64,000 bases of DNA from Bacteroidales bacterium (GCA_045615765.1 JAZLFM010000014.1:629-64628), one strand, 5' to 3'. Positions 40,117 to 49,713 are shown, counted from the stretch's first letter. Notes: a model not told the origin generated them from the sequence alone. Program-made: numbers and translations.

Positions 40117-40661
40117 TTTGTTCCCCAGCGTTTACAATCGTTCGACAAGCCAACCAAATCAAGCACGCGATTCACCACAGTATCACAAACTTCTTCAATA
40201 GTAGATGGTTTTGAATAAAAAGAAGGAGTCGCAGGACAAATAATACCACCAGCAAGCGTAATAGTTTCCATATTCTTAATATGTATCAAATTATATGGAG
40301 TTTCGCGAAGCAGCAAAATCAATTTTCGGCGTTCTTTTAGCATAACATCAGCCGCGCGAGCAATAAGATTATCCGCTGTTCCATTAGCAATTCTTCCCAT
40401 TGTACCAGCACTACAAGGGCAAATCACCATTGCATCATACTTAGCAGAACCTGAAGCAATAGGAGCAAAAAAATCATTGTTTGCATATTCTACAAATTCA
40501 AAAATCTGTGGTTTTCCTCCCAACTCATACTTCCAGACATCTTTTGCCGTATCAGAAAAAACGACAGCAACCTCAACATCTTCTTGTTTGTGAAGTTTTT
40601 CAAACAACCGCTGTGCATAGATAGCACCAGAAGCACCAGTTACAGCGACAATGATTTTCAT
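40113..40661 (-). CDS. ubiX: UbiX-family flavin prenyltransferase
   Basis: MKIIVAVTGASGAIYAQRL..., 182 aa, flavoprotein fold with PCSAGTMG. Confidence 0.9.
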   Translation of the reverse strand: MKIIVAVTGASGAIYAQRLFEKLHKQEDVEVAVVFSDTAKDVWKYELGGKPQIFEFVEYANNDFFAPIASGSAKYDAMVICPCSAGTMGRIANGTADNLIARAADVMLKERRKLILLLRETPYNLIHIKNMETITLAGGIICPATPSFYSKPSTIEEVCDTVVNRVLDLVGLSNDCKRWGTK

Positions 40662-40676
40662 ACAAGTTGTATATTA

Positions 40677-40703
40677 TAGAGACGCAATTAATCGCATCTC
40701 TAC
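40677..40703 (-). repeat. REP-like palindromic hairpin between the OmpH-like gene and ubiX
   Basis: TAGAGACGCAATTAATCGCATCTCTA. Both plus-strand mismatches become G.U pairs on the minus (mRNA) strand. No T-run follows the hairpin. Confidence 0.7.
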
Positions 40704-40709
40704 ATAGAT

Positions 40710-41360
40710 TTATTTTTTTGCCTGAGCTGGTTGCGATGCATTATAACGAGCATTCATTACTTTGAGAATGTCGTTCGTAATGTTCAATTGTTCTTCGGCA
40801 TACAATACACTACTTTGATATGCATTATTCAAAATAATCTTGTATTTACCATCCGCATTGTAGAACTTAATGCACGCATTCACGCTATCAATTAATTGCT
40901 CTTGTAATTTTTGTTCTTTAATAGCCAACTCTTGCTGTTTCTTTTGTTGTTCAGCATATAAATTTTGTTGGCGTTGTTCCAATTCAGTTTGTTTTGCCTG
41001 TGCATCGGCAGTCGTAATAATTCGATTTTCTACTTGATATTGAAAATCTTGTACATCTTTTTGAAATGCTTCTGCTTTTTTCTGCAATTTACTTTCTTCT
41101 GCAGAAACTAAATTTTGCAATTGTTTTTCTAACTTTTTGAAAAACAAATAGTTTTGCATAACTGAATCAACAACAACATACGCAATTGGGAAGTTAGCTT
41201 CCACCATAGGTTCGTCATTAAAAATTGTATCTAACACAGCAACAGTATCTTGTACATTTGATTTTTTCTTTTCAACCGAAGGTTTCTGAACATACAATAC
41301 AAATAAAATAACAATTGCGACTCCAAAAATAATGTTTACAATAATGTTTCCGTTTTTCAT
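40710..41360 (-). CDS. OmpH/Skp-like periplasmic chaperone
   Basis: N-terminal anchor, then a Q/K/E-rich coiled-coil core with the typical start PIAYVVVDSVMQNY and end ...VLYAEEQLNITNDILKVMN. Confidence 0.7.
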   Translation of the reverse strand: MKNGNIIVNIIFGVAIVILFVLYVQKPSVEKKKSNVQDTVAVLDTIFNDEPMVEANFPIAYVVVDSVMQNYLFFKKLEKQLQNLVSAEESKLQKKAEAFQKDVQDFQYQVENRIITTADAQAKQTELEQRQQNLYAEQQKKQQELAIKEQKLQEQLIDSVNACIKFYNADGKYKIILNNAYQSSVLYAEEQLNITNDILKVMNARYNASQPAQAKK

Positions 41361-41371
41361 GATTTTAGTAT

Positions 41372-41815
41372 TTATCGTTTTTCTTTAAAAAAATTCTGCA
41401 TTAACTCTTCACATTGTTCTTTAAGAACACCGCCAACAACAATAGTTTTTGGATGTAATATACGGCTATGTAATTCCGAAACTTTACGTTTCACATCCGA
41501 TGCTCCATAGACTATTTTCCCCAATTGTTCCCAATACGATGCACCACAACACATTACACAAGGTTCAACAGTGACATACAAAGTACACTTTTGCAAGCTT
41601 TTCCCACCTAAATATTCTGTAGCCATAGTAAATGCCTGCATTTCGGCATGGGCAGTTGGATCATTCAATGTTTCAGACAGATTATAGGCACGAGCAATTA
41701 TTTGGTCCTCGCAAACAATCACGCAACCAATAGGAACTTCGTCCTTTTCGTAGGCAATTTTCGCCTGCGCTAAAGCTTGTTCCATATAATATTCGTCGGT
41801 CTTTTTTTCTGCCAT
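41372..41815 (-). CDS. tadA: tRNA adenosine(34) deaminase
   Basis: CDA-fold zinc motifs HAEM and PCVMCCGA. 147 aa. Confidence 0.9.
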   Translation of the reverse strand: MAEKKTDEYYMEQALAQAKIAYEKDEVPIGCVIVCEDQIIARAYNLSETLNDPTAHAEMQAFTMATEYLGGKSLQKCTLYVTVEPCVMCCGASYWEQLGKIVYGASDVKRKVSELHSRILHPKTIVVGGVLKEQCEELMQNFFKEKR

Positions 41816-41852
41816 AATATAAAAATGGGGCGTATGGCTATACGCCCTTACA

Positions 41853-43610
41853 TTATTCTATTGGTTTAATATCTAAGAACAATTCGTCTAATTGTTTTTG
41901 ATCGATAACTGATGGTGCATCAAGCATAACATCGCGACCTGAATTATTTTTAGGGAACGCTATACAGTCGCGGATACTATCCAAGCCAGCGAACAAGCTT
42001 ACCCAGCGGTCAAGACCGTATGCCAAACCTCCGTGAGGTGGTGCTCCATATTTAAAGGCATTCATTAAGAAACCAAATTGTTCTTGTGCTTTTTCTGGTG
42101 TAAAGCCTAAAATCTTAAAGATTTTTGCTTGTAATTGACTGTCGTGAATACGAATTGAACCACCACCGACTTCAACACCATTGATTACCATATCGTATGC
42201 ATTTGCACGAACCGATGCAGGATCAGTATCCAACAATGGAACATCTTCTGGCTTTGGACTTGTAAATGGATGGTGCATTGCCATTAAACGGCCTTCTTCT
42301 TCACTCCATTCGTACATTGGGAAATCAATAACCCACAAGCATGCAAATTTATCTTTATCGCGAAGACCAAGTTGATTTGCTACTTCCAAACGAAGTTCAC
42401 ACAATTGTTTGCGTGTCTTCATTGCATCGTCGCCACTCAAGATTAAGATTAAGTCACCGGCTTCGGCACCAAATGCTTCTTTCATTTTTTGAAGCACATC
42501 TTGAGAATAGAATTTGTCAACGCTTGATTTTACCGTACCGTCTGTTTCCACACGAGCATAAACCATACCTTTCGCGCCTATTTGAGGGCGTTTTACAAAT
42601 TCAGTTAATTGGTCTAATTGTTTACGAGTGTATGTAGCCGCACCTTTTGCACAGATACCACCGATATATTCTGCATTGTCGAACACGCCAAAACCATATC
42701 CTTTCAACACATCCATAAGTTCCACGAACTTCATATCGAAACGAAGATCTGGTTTGTCACTTCCATAATATTTCATAGCGTCATGCCAAGAAATACGAGG
42801 GAATGCTTCAGTAATATCAATATTACGAATTGTCTTGAACAAGTGTTTTGCCATACCTTCAAAAAGAGTAATGATATCTTCTTGTTCAACAAAACTCATC
42901 TCACAGTCTATCTGAGTAAACTCAGGTTGACGATCTGCACGAAGATCCTCGTCACGGAAACATTTCACAATCTGGAAGTAGCGGTCGAAACCGGCAACCA
43001 TAAGCAATTGTTTCAACGTTTGTGGACTTTGTGGCAAAGCATAAAATTGACCAGGATTCATACGAGAAGGTACAACGAAATCGCGAGCGCCCTCTGGAGT
43101 TGATCCAATCAATACTGGAGTTTCAACTTCCAAGAAACCTTGTTTGTCAAGATAACTACGAACTTCGAATGCCATTTTATGGCGAAGTTCCAGATTTTTT
43201 CTCACTGCCGCACGACGTAAATCCAAGTAACGATACTTCATACGAAGATCATCTCCACCGTCTGTATCATCTTGAATTGTAAATGGAGGAACTTCCGAGG
43301 AATTAAGTATAGTAAGTTTGTTTACAATGATTTCTATGTCGCCAGTATCCATTTTAGGATTCTTGCTTGATCGTTCAACAACCTTACCTTCAATTTGAAT
43401 TACAAATTCACGACCTAAATTCTTTGCTTGCTGACAAACATCGGCATTTTGATTTTCATCGAATACCAACTGCGTAATACCATATCTATCACGCAAGTCA
43501 ACAAATGTCATTCCACCTAATTCACGAGTTTTTTGAACCCAACCGCTTAAAGTAACGGTTTCGCCAATATTTGCAGCACGCAATTCGCCGCAGGTATGAG
43601 ATCTATACAT
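41853..43610 (-). CDS. aspS: aspartate--tRNA ligase
   Basis: 585 aa. OB-fold N-terminus, class II motifs [18 protein letters not shown] and GGGSIRIH, and the GAD insertion domain. Confidence 0.95.
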   Translation of the reverse strand: MYRSHTCGELRAANIGETVTLSGWVQKTRELGGMTFVDLRDRYGITQLVFDENQNADVCQQAKNLGREFVIQIEGKVVERSSKNPKMDTGDIEIIVNKLTILNSSEVPPFTIQDDTDGGDDLRMKYRYLDLRRAAVRKNLELRHKMAFEVRSYLDKQGFLEVETPVLIGSTPEGARDFVVPSRMNPGQFYALPQSPQTLKQLLMVAGFDRYFQIVKCFRDEDLRADRQPEFTQIDCEMSFVEQEDIITLFEGMAKHLFKTIRNIDITEAFPRISWHDAMKYYGSDKPDLRFDMKFVELMDVLKGYGFGVFDNAEYIGGICAKGAATYTRKQLDQLTEFVKRPQIGAKGMVYARVETDGTVKSSVDKFYSQDVLQKMKEAFGAEAGDLILILSGDDAMKTRKQLCELRLEVANQLGLRDKDKFACLWVIDFPMYEWSEEEGRLMAMHHPFTSPKPEDVPLLDTDPASVRANAYDMVINGVEVGGGSIRIHDSQLQAKIFKILGFTPEKAQEQFGFLMNAFKYGAPPHGGLAYGLDRWVSLFAGLDSIRDCIAFPKNNSGRDVMLDAPSVIDQKQLDELFLDIKPIE

Positions 43611-43641
43611 AAATAGTTATTAGTTTTATCATAAACTTTTG

Positions 43642-43649
43642 CAAATATA
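43642..43649 (-). promoter_or_regulatory. Bacteroidota-type -7 promoter box for aspS
   Basis: TATATTTG on the minus strand, 31 nt before the ATG at 43610. Confidence 0.55.
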
Positions 43650-43745
43650 TTGAATTTTAGAATTATCTACTTAAATCTTACAAATGCTTTGACACACAAG
43701 AATAGTAACTCTGATTAATTTGTAATTTCACAACAAAATAAATCA

Positions 43746-43753
43746 TACATTTG
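43746..43753 (+). promoter_or_regulatory. Bacteroidota-type -7 promoter box for the TolB-like gene
   Basis: TACATTTG, 20 nt before the ATG at 43774. Confidence 0.55.
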
Positions 43754-43773
43754 CAAGACTAAAAACTACAAAA

Positions 43774-44655
43774 ATGAATGTATTAACAACAAAACGAGAA
43801 GTTGAAGAAAGAAATGTTATTTCTGTTCTTGAAACATACGACCTCGCCACTCAGAAACGCGAAGTCATAGCAGAATTTGACGAATTAATTGAAGCGCCAA
43901 ACTGGTTAAAGGATGGCAAAACATTGATTTTTAATGGACATGGAAATCTGTATTCTTTTAATTTGGATACAAAAGAACGCAAGCAAATTGATTTAGGTTT
44001 CTGTGTTCAATGCAACAACGACCATGTTCTTTCGCCAAACCACGACAAAGTTGCTGTAAGCCATCACACAAGCGAAGACGGACAAAGTCGCGTGTATGTT
44101 ATTCCATTTGAAACGGGCATTCCAGAACTTATAACACCAATTGCGCCAAGTTACTTACATGGTTGGTCTCCCGATGGAAAATCGTTAGCATATTGTGCTG
44201 AGAGAAACGGAGAATACGACATTTATACAATTCCTGCTAAAGGCGGCATTGAAACGAGACTTACTGACGCTCCAGGTCTAAACGATGGTTGTGAATATTC
44301 GCCTTGTGGAAAATACATTTGGTTTAACAGTGTTCGTACTGGATTAATGCAAATTTGGAGAATGAAAGCCGATGGTAGCGAACAAACACAAATGACTTTC
44401 GACAAAGACCGCGATAGCTGGTTTGCCCATGTATCTCCCGACGGCGAAAAGGTTGTGTATATTGCCTACAACAAAGACGACATCAATCCTGGAGACCATC
44501 CTGCGAACAAAAATGTAGAAATCAGAACAATGTCACCAAACGGTGGCGAATGCAAAACATTGTTCAAACTTTTTGGCGGACAAGGAACTATCAATGTAAA
44601 CAGCTGGTCGCCAGACAGTAAAAAATTCGCTTTCGTTAGTTACAAATTGAAATAG
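43774..44655 (+). CDS. TolB-like PD40 beta-propeller protein without signal peptide
   Basis: 293 aa. Repeated SPDG/SPNH..-A/V-..-DIY/IW blades (WSPDGKSLAY, YSPCGKYIWF, VSPDGEKVVY, WSPDSKKFAF). Confidence 0.7.
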   Translation: MNVLTTKREVEERNVISVLETYDLATQKREVIAEFDELIEAPNWLKDGKTLIFNGHGNLYSFNLDTKERKQIDLGFCVQCNNDHVLSPNHDKVAVSHHTSEDGQSRVYVIPFETGIPELITPIAPSYLHGWSPDGKSLAYCAERNGEYDIYTIPAKGGIETRLTDAPGLNDGCEYSPCGKYIWFNSVRTGLMQIWRMKADGSEQTQMTFDKDRDSWFAHVSPDGEKVVYIAYNKDDINPGDHPANKNVEIRTMSPNGGECKTLFKLFGGQGTINVNSWSPDSKKFAFVSYKLK

Positions 44656-44662
44656 CACTTTC

Positions 44663-44690
44663 GTAGAGGCTATGTAACCATAGCCTCTAC
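44663..44690. repeat. perfect 12-bp-stem palindrome between the TolB-like gene and pepP
   Basis: GTAGAGGCTATG-TAAC-CATAGCCTCTAC. No T-run follows on the plus strand. Confidence 0.8.
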
Positions 44691-44706
44691 AATAACAATA
44701 TTGGTT

Positions 44707-45987
44707 ATGCGTTACTCAAAAATTCCTACATCTCTTTTTGAAAAAAACAGAGAGAAAATTTTTGCAAAATTGCCAGAATCCAGTTCGGCAGTAGTTTTTT
44801 CGAATCCACAAATGCCACGAAATGGAGATTTATTCTTTCCATACAGACAAAATTCTGACTTATTTTACCTAACAGGCATAACACAAGAAAAGTCTATACT
44901 TATACTAACAAACAACAAATCAGAGAAAAAAGCCATTCTCTTCATTTTGAATCCACGTCCTGAGTTGGAGCAATGGGAAGGCAAAAAACTAAGCATTGAC
45001 GAAGCAAAGGAAATTTCTGGAATATCGGAAATTCACTACACCGAAGAATTCCAAGCTATTTGGGACGAAACCGCATACAATAGCGATCATTTATTGTATG
45101 GACAAAATTGTAATCCGCGACTAAAAACAGACTTACTTCTTCCAGACAAATTATTTGGAGACCAACTAAAAGACAAATGGACAAACAAAGACATTGCCTG
45201 TCTTTCTCCTATACTTACAGCATGCAGAGTGATAAAAGAACCGGAAGAAATTGCTCTTATAGAACAAGCATGCAACATAACAAAAGAAGCATTTTTAGAA
45301 ATCATACATGCAACAAAACCTGGCAGATTCGAGTATGAATTAGAGGCAATTATGACAAATGTCTTTTTACGAAATGGAGCAAATGGTCATGCGTTTGACC
45401 CAATTATTGCAAACGGAAGAAATACTTGTTATTTGCACTATGTAAAGAACGACCAACTTTTACAAGATGGCAATCTAATTCTAATGGATTTCGGTTCCGA
45501 ATACGCTAATTATTCTAGCGATTGTACACGAGTTTTCCCTGTAAACGGGAAATTCTCAAAACGACAAAAAGAGATTCATTCGGCAGTGTACAAGGTCTTC
45601 ACTGCAATTAAAGGCGAAATTGCTCCGGGAAAAACTATCAGTGAATTACAAAAGCTAACTTGCAGACTAATACAAGAGGAATTACTTTCTTTAGGAATTC
45701 TATCAAAGCAGGATATTGAAACAAAAGGAGAACATCCTGCATATTTTAAATACTACATGCATGGCGTATCTCATTTCATCGGATTAGACACACACGATGT
45801 TGGAGAAAGAGATGAGATATTAAAGCCAGGAATGGTACTTAGCTGCGAACCAGGCATTTACACTTTCGAAGAAGAAATCGGCATCAGATTAGAAGACACG
45901 ATGTTGGTTACAGAAAAAGGTTGTTCAGATCTGATGAGTTCTATTCCAATGGAAGCAAATGAAATAGAAGAACTTATGAATTCCTAA
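44707..45987 (+). CDS. pepP: Xaa-Pro aminopeptidase (M24B)
   Basis: Metal-ligand motifs DFGSEYANYSSDCTR, HGVSHFIGLDTHD, EPGIY and RLEDT. The TTG at 44701 is trimmed to the ATG at 44707. Confidence 0.85.
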   Translation: MRYSKIPTSLFEKNREKIFAKLPESSSAVVFSNPQMPRNGDLFFPYRQNSDLFYLTGITQEKSILILTNNKSEKKAILFILNPRPELEQWEGKKLSIDEAKEISGISEIHYTEEFQAIWDETAYNSDHLLYGQNCNPRLKTDLLLPDKLFGDQLKDKWTNKDIACLSPILTACRVIKEPEEIALIEQACNITKEAFLEIIHATKPGRFEYELEAIMTNVFLRNGANGHAFDPIIANGRNTCYLHYVKNDQLLQDGNLILMDFGSEYANYSSDCTRVFPVNGKFSKRQKEIHSAVYKVFTAIKGEIAPGKTISELQKLTCRLIQEELLSLGILSKQDIETKGEHPAYFKYYMHGVSHFIGLDTHDVGERDEILKPGMVLSCEPGIYTFEEEIGIRLEDTMLVTEKGCSDLMSSIPMEANEIEELMNS

Positions 45988-46679
45988 TCAAGGAAATTCA
46001 TTTTTCGTTTAAACTCTTCCTTAAATGTTAAGCCAATAGGAATATCTTTTCCCGCAAGGGAAATAACACGACCTTTTACCGAGTCAATTTTATCTATTGC
46101 GACAATATAGGACTTATGAACACGCACGAAACGATCCTCAGGAAGTTTTTCTAAAATACCTTTAATGTTTGTAAGAGTAATGATTTTCTTCGTTGGTAAG
46201 ACTATGCGTACATAATCCTTTAAACCTTCAATATATAGAATATCAGAGAATTTCACCTTCACATCTTGATAATCGGCACGAACATAGAAAGAATCTTCGA
46301 TTTCTTGCTCTCCTTTTTTCTCCAATAACATGAGATGTTCGACCTTTTCTATAGCTTGTTTAAATCGTGCAGGCGAAATCGGTTTCATTAGATAATCAAC
46401 AGCATTCACTTCAAATCCCTCAACAGCATATTGGTCATAAGCAGTTGTAAACACTATCATTGGAGGATTTTTCAAAGATTTAGCCAAATTCATTCCCGAC
46501 AAGTCAGGCATTTGTATATCAAGGAACAATAAATCTACTTGTTCTTTTTCCAACAAATCAATTGCTTGCTTTGCATTCTTACATGTTGCAACTAATTGCA
46601 AATTAGAATAATCCGAAACATAACCTTCCAACACATCTCGTGCTAAAGGTTCATCATCAACAATTGCACAACGAATCAT
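45984..46679 (-). CDS. LytR/AlgR-family response regulator (receiver + LytTR DNA-binding domain)
   Basis: 231 aa. The receiver carries LLFLDIQMPDLSG. The C-terminal half is LytTR-like (ILYIEGLKDYVRI...RVHKSYIV). Confidence 0.85.
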   Translation of the reverse strand: MIRCAIVDDEPLARDVLEGYVSDYSNLQLVATCKNAKQAIDLLEKEQVDLLFLDIQMPDLSGMNLAKSLKNPPMIVFTTAYDQYAVEGFEVNAVDYLMKPISPARFKQAIEKVEHLMLLEKKGEQEIEDSFYVRADYQDVKVKFSDILYIEGLKDYVRIVLPTKKIITLTNIKGILEKLPEDRFVRVHKSYIVAIDKIDSVKGRVISLAGKDIPIGLTFKEEFKRKMNFLD

Positions 46680-47713
46680 AACTTTATCTTTAAATTCACA
46701 ACATACATTTCACCAGCATCATCAATGTCAAGACTACATTTAGAGCCATAAACTAGATACAATCTGTTCTTAACATTTTGGATACCGATACCATGAACCT
46801 TATCTTTTTGATTTCCAGTATATTTTTTATTTTCTATATGGAATTCTATCAGTTTATTTGTTATAGTTATATGACAATCAATATTCACAATACCCTCGGT
46901 GTCAACCCCATGTTTAAATGCATTTTCTAAAAATGGAACCAAAATCATAGGAGCGATTTCAGCTTGTTCATTTTGATTATCAACCTTTAAATTAATAACA
47001 CTTTCGGGAGACAAACGAAGTTGCTGTAATTTTATATAGTCCTGTAAATAATTGATTTCCTTCTTTACATTAACCATATTTTCGTTTGAATCGTATGTAA
47101 CATACCGAAGTAAATCCGACATTGTTAAAATTGTCTCCGGCAACTTATCTGACTTTTTCAACGACAATGAATACAAACTATTCATTGCGTTAAACAAGAA
47201 ATGCGGACTTAACTGCGATTTTAGCAATTGCATATTCGAAGTAATCTGCTGTCTTTCCAATTCCCGCAACAATTTCTCTCTCTTCTCGTGACGAATACTT
47301 GAACCATACACCAAACTCGCCGCAAGAGTAACCATAAATGACATATATAAATGTGGTGGTATAAAATCATTTCGAATAACTTTTGGTCGCGGACGCGGAG
47401 AATCTAAAGTAAGTTCTCTTAGAAGATTCAAAAAGTCAGTATGAATTGGCTTCATACATTTGAACAAGCAGACATACAACAATGCAAGCAATACTAGCGA
47501 AATGCAGTATAAAAGATATTTTTTCCTATAAAACAGCTGCGGCATTATTAGCAATGCATGGGAATAAAACACGACAAAAGTTCCTGTCAGTGCAATAAAC
47601 TCATATCCCATCAATTTAATAGAAAATGGAACAGAAAAGAATATATGTGGGATCATTAATAAAATCATCCAACCACATACATGTTTTAGAAATCTTTCCG
47701 CACCTACTTGCAT
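46676..47713 (-). CDS. LytS/YehU-type sensor histidine kinase
   Basis: 345 aa. N-terminal TM helices, His_kinase motif LSPHFLFNAMNSLYSL, and a C-terminal HATPase_c domain. 4-nt overlap with the response regulator gene. Confidence 0.8.
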   Translation of the reverse strand: MQVGAERFLKHVCGWMILLMIPHIFFSVPFSIKLMGYEFIALTGTFVVFYSHALLIMPQLFYRKKYLLYCISLVLLALLYVCLFKCMKPIHTDFLNLLRELTLDSPRPRPKVIRNDFIPPHLYMSFMVTLAASLVYGSSIRHEKREKLLRELERQQITSNMQLLKSQLSPHFLFNAMNSLYSLSLKKSDKLPETILTMSDLLRYVTYDSNENMVNVKKEINYLQDYIKLQQLRLSPESVINLKVDNQNEQAEIAPMILVPFLENAFKHGVDTEGIVNIDCHITITNKLIEFHIENKKYTGNQKDKVHGIGIQNVKNRLYLVYGSKCSLDIDDAGEMYVVNLKIKL

Positions 47714-47731
47714 ATCAAAAAATTATATAGT

Positions 47732-47739
47732 CAAATATA
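47732..47739 (-). promoter_or_regulatory. Bacteroidota-type -7 promoter box for the two-component operon
   Basis: TATATTTG on the minus strand, 18 nt before the ATG at 47713. Confidence 0.5.
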
Positions 47740-47841
47740 AAACAATCATTTTCTTTTTATCGAAAATATAGACTAAAGCATCGAAATACCGTGCAAACGC
47801 AATTTTATTTTCAAATAATAGTTACAAAAAGATAAAAAGTG

Positions 47842-47849
47842 TACTTTTG
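47842..47849 (+). promoter_or_regulatory. Bacteroidota-type -7 promoter box for the 47872 gene
   Basis: TACTTTTG, 22 nt before the ATG at 47872. Confidence 0.55.
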
Positions 47850-47871
47850 TAAAAATTAAATCAGAAAAAAA

Positions 47872-48753
47872 ATGAATTCTAAATCAAGCATCATCTTTTT
47901 AGTTATTGCAGTACTCCTAGCTTTAGGACTTGGTTATTTTGTTTGGCAAAACCAACAACTAAAAGCTGAGATAGAAACTTTACAAGATACTGTTTCGAGT
48001 GTACACATCGAAAAAGCAAAATTGTTAAACAATCTTGATTCTTTGGAAGTTGAGATAAAGAAACAAGTTGCTGCAAACGACGAAATGGACTCAGTTCTTG
48101 CTGAACGATTAGCAGAAATCGAAGAAACACGTGCAGAATTGGCTGTTGCTCAAGCTGACGCAGCATTAGTTGCTAAATACAAAAAACAAATCGAAGCTTT
48201 GAAAGCTACAGCTCAACAATTTATTCGTGAAAACGATATGCTTAAACACAGAGTTGACTCGTTGAAATTCGAAGATAGTTTGAAGAAACAAAAAATCGAC
48301 ACAATGACGATTTTGGATTACCAAAAGACTCAACAAATCGAACAACTAAGCGAAAAAGTTGAAAAAGGTTCTCAACTACGAATCAGCGACATTGTTGCCC
48401 GCGGTTACAACCAAACAGGTAAAATTGCCACAAAAGCTCGTAGAACAGCAAAAATCGGCGTAAGCGGTACATTACAAAAGAACTCATTGGCTGAATCTGG
48501 TTCAAAATTGCTATTCATCCGAATAATCGCTCCTAACGGAACAGTTTTGACATCAAGCAATGCAAACCAATTCGATTTCGAAGGCAAAACAATTATGTAC
48601 ACCGAAAAGAAAGAACTTGGCTACGACAACGAAGATGTTAAATTCGAAATCTTCTACAACGCTGAAAACGAAATGCTAGAAATTGGTACATACCAAATCT
48701 CTATTTTCTGCGACGGCAAGGAAATCGGACGATCTTCTCTAGGTTTGCAATAA
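47872..48753 (+). CDS. membrane-anchored coiled-coil protein, function unknown
   Basis: 293 aa. One N-terminal TM helix (IIFLVIAVLLALGLGYFVW), about 150 aa of heptad-like sequence, and a beta-rich C-terminal domain. Confidence 0.6.
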   Translation: MNSKSSIIFLVIAVLLALGLGYFVWQNQQLKAEIETLQDTVSSVHIEKAKLLNNLDSLEVEIKKQVAANDEMDSVLAERLAEIEETRAELAVAQADAALVAKYKKQIEALKATAQQFIRENDMLKHRVDSLKFEDSLKKQKIDTMTILDYQKTQQIEQLSEKVEKGSQLRISDIVARGYNQTGKIATKARRTAKIGVSGTLQKNSLAESGSKLLFIRIIAPNGTVLTSSNANQFDFEGKTIMYTEKKELGYDNEDVKFEIFYNAENEMLEIGTYQISIFCDGKEIGRSSLGLQ

Positions 48754-48760
48754 AATTTAC

Positions 48761-48768
48761 TATATTTG
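48761..48768 (+). promoter_or_regulatory. Bacteroidota-type -7 promoter box upstream of the greA leader
   Basis: TATATTTG, 8 nt after the upstream stop codon and 74 nt before the greA ATG. Confidence 0.45.
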
Positions 48769-48781
48769 CAAAGAAGAAATG

Positions 48782-48819
48782 GGAATCCTGGAAAACAGGA
48801 TTCCTTTTGTTTTATTTTA
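48782..48819 (+). terminator. intrinsic terminator located between the candidate greA promoter and the greA start codon
   Basis: GGAATCCTG-GAAAA-CAGGATTCC, a perfect 9-bp stem followed by TTTTGTTTTATTTTA. Confidence 0.75.
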
Positions 48820-48842
48820 TACCAAAGAAAATTTTATCACTT

Positions 48843-49313
48843 ATGGCTATTTCTTATGTAACAGAAGAAGGCTTGCGTAAACTACAGCAAGAACTAGAAC
48901 AATTGACAACTGTTGAGCGTAAAAAAATCTCTCAACAAATTGCAGAGGCTCGTGACAAAGGAGACTTGTCGGAAAACGCAGAATACGATGCAGCAAGAGA
49001 AGCACAAGGATTGTTGGAATTGCGTATTTCTAAACTGCAACAAACAATTATGAATTCTCGTATCATCGATGAATCTAAATTGGATATGTCAACAGTTCAG
49101 ATTTTATCGAAGGTAAAAGTTCGTAATACAAAGACAAACAAAGAAATGCAATATACACTTGTTGCTGAATCTGAAGCAGATTTAAAAACAGGAAAAATTG
49201 CAATCAGCACACCTATAGCTAAAGGCCTACTAGGTAAAAAAGTTGGCGACATTGCTGAAATTCAAGTTCCAGCAGGCACCATTCCTTTCGAAATTATTGA
49301 AATATCTCGTTAA
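48843..49313 (+). CDS. greA: transcription elongation factor GreA
   Basis: 157 aa from MAISYVTEEGLRKLQQELEQL. Contains the acidic-tip motif DLSENAEYDAAREAQ. Confidence 0.9.
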   Translation: MAISYVTEEGLRKLQQELEQLTTVERKKISQQIAEARDKGDLSENAEYDAAREAQGLLELRISKLQQTIMNSRIIDESKLDMSTVQILSKVKVRNTKTNKEMQYTLVAESEADLKTGKIAISTPIAKGLLGKKVGDIAEIQVPAGTIPFEIIEISR

Positions 49314-49317
49314 TACT

Positions 49318-49713
49318 ATGGCTTCTATTTTCTCTAAAATTGTAGCTGGTGAAATTCCTGCTCACAAAGTTGCCGAAAACGATGAATTTTTGGCTTTTCT
49401 TGACATCAGTCCTATGACAATGGGACATACATTAGTTATTCCTAAAAAAGAAATTTCGTACATTTTCGATGTTGACGACGATCTTTTAGGAAGAATGATG
49501 GTATTTGCAAAACAAGTGGCAAAAGCTGTTGAAAAAAGCGTTGACTGCGTTCGTATTGGCGTAGGCGTTGTTGGACTAGAAGTTCCTCACTGTCATATAC
49601 ACTTAATTCCGCTACACAATTCTGTTGGTGAAATGAACTTTGGCGGCCCAAAACTTTCTCCTTCAAATGAGGAATTGGCAGAAATGGCAGCAAAAATAAA
49701 ATCTAACCTATAA
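49318..49713 (+). CDS. HIT (histidine triad) family nucleotide hydrolase
   Basis: 131 aa from MASIFSKIVAGEIPAHKV. HxHxHxx triad as HCHIHLIP. The gene starts 4 nt after the greA stop. Confidence 0.85.
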   Translation: MASIFSKIVAGEIPAHKVAENDEFLAFLDISPMTMGHTLVIPKKEISYIFDVDDDLLGRMMVFAKQVAKAVEKSVDCVRIGVGVVGLEVPHCHIHLIPLHNSVGEMNFGGPKLSPSNEELAEMAAKIKSNL

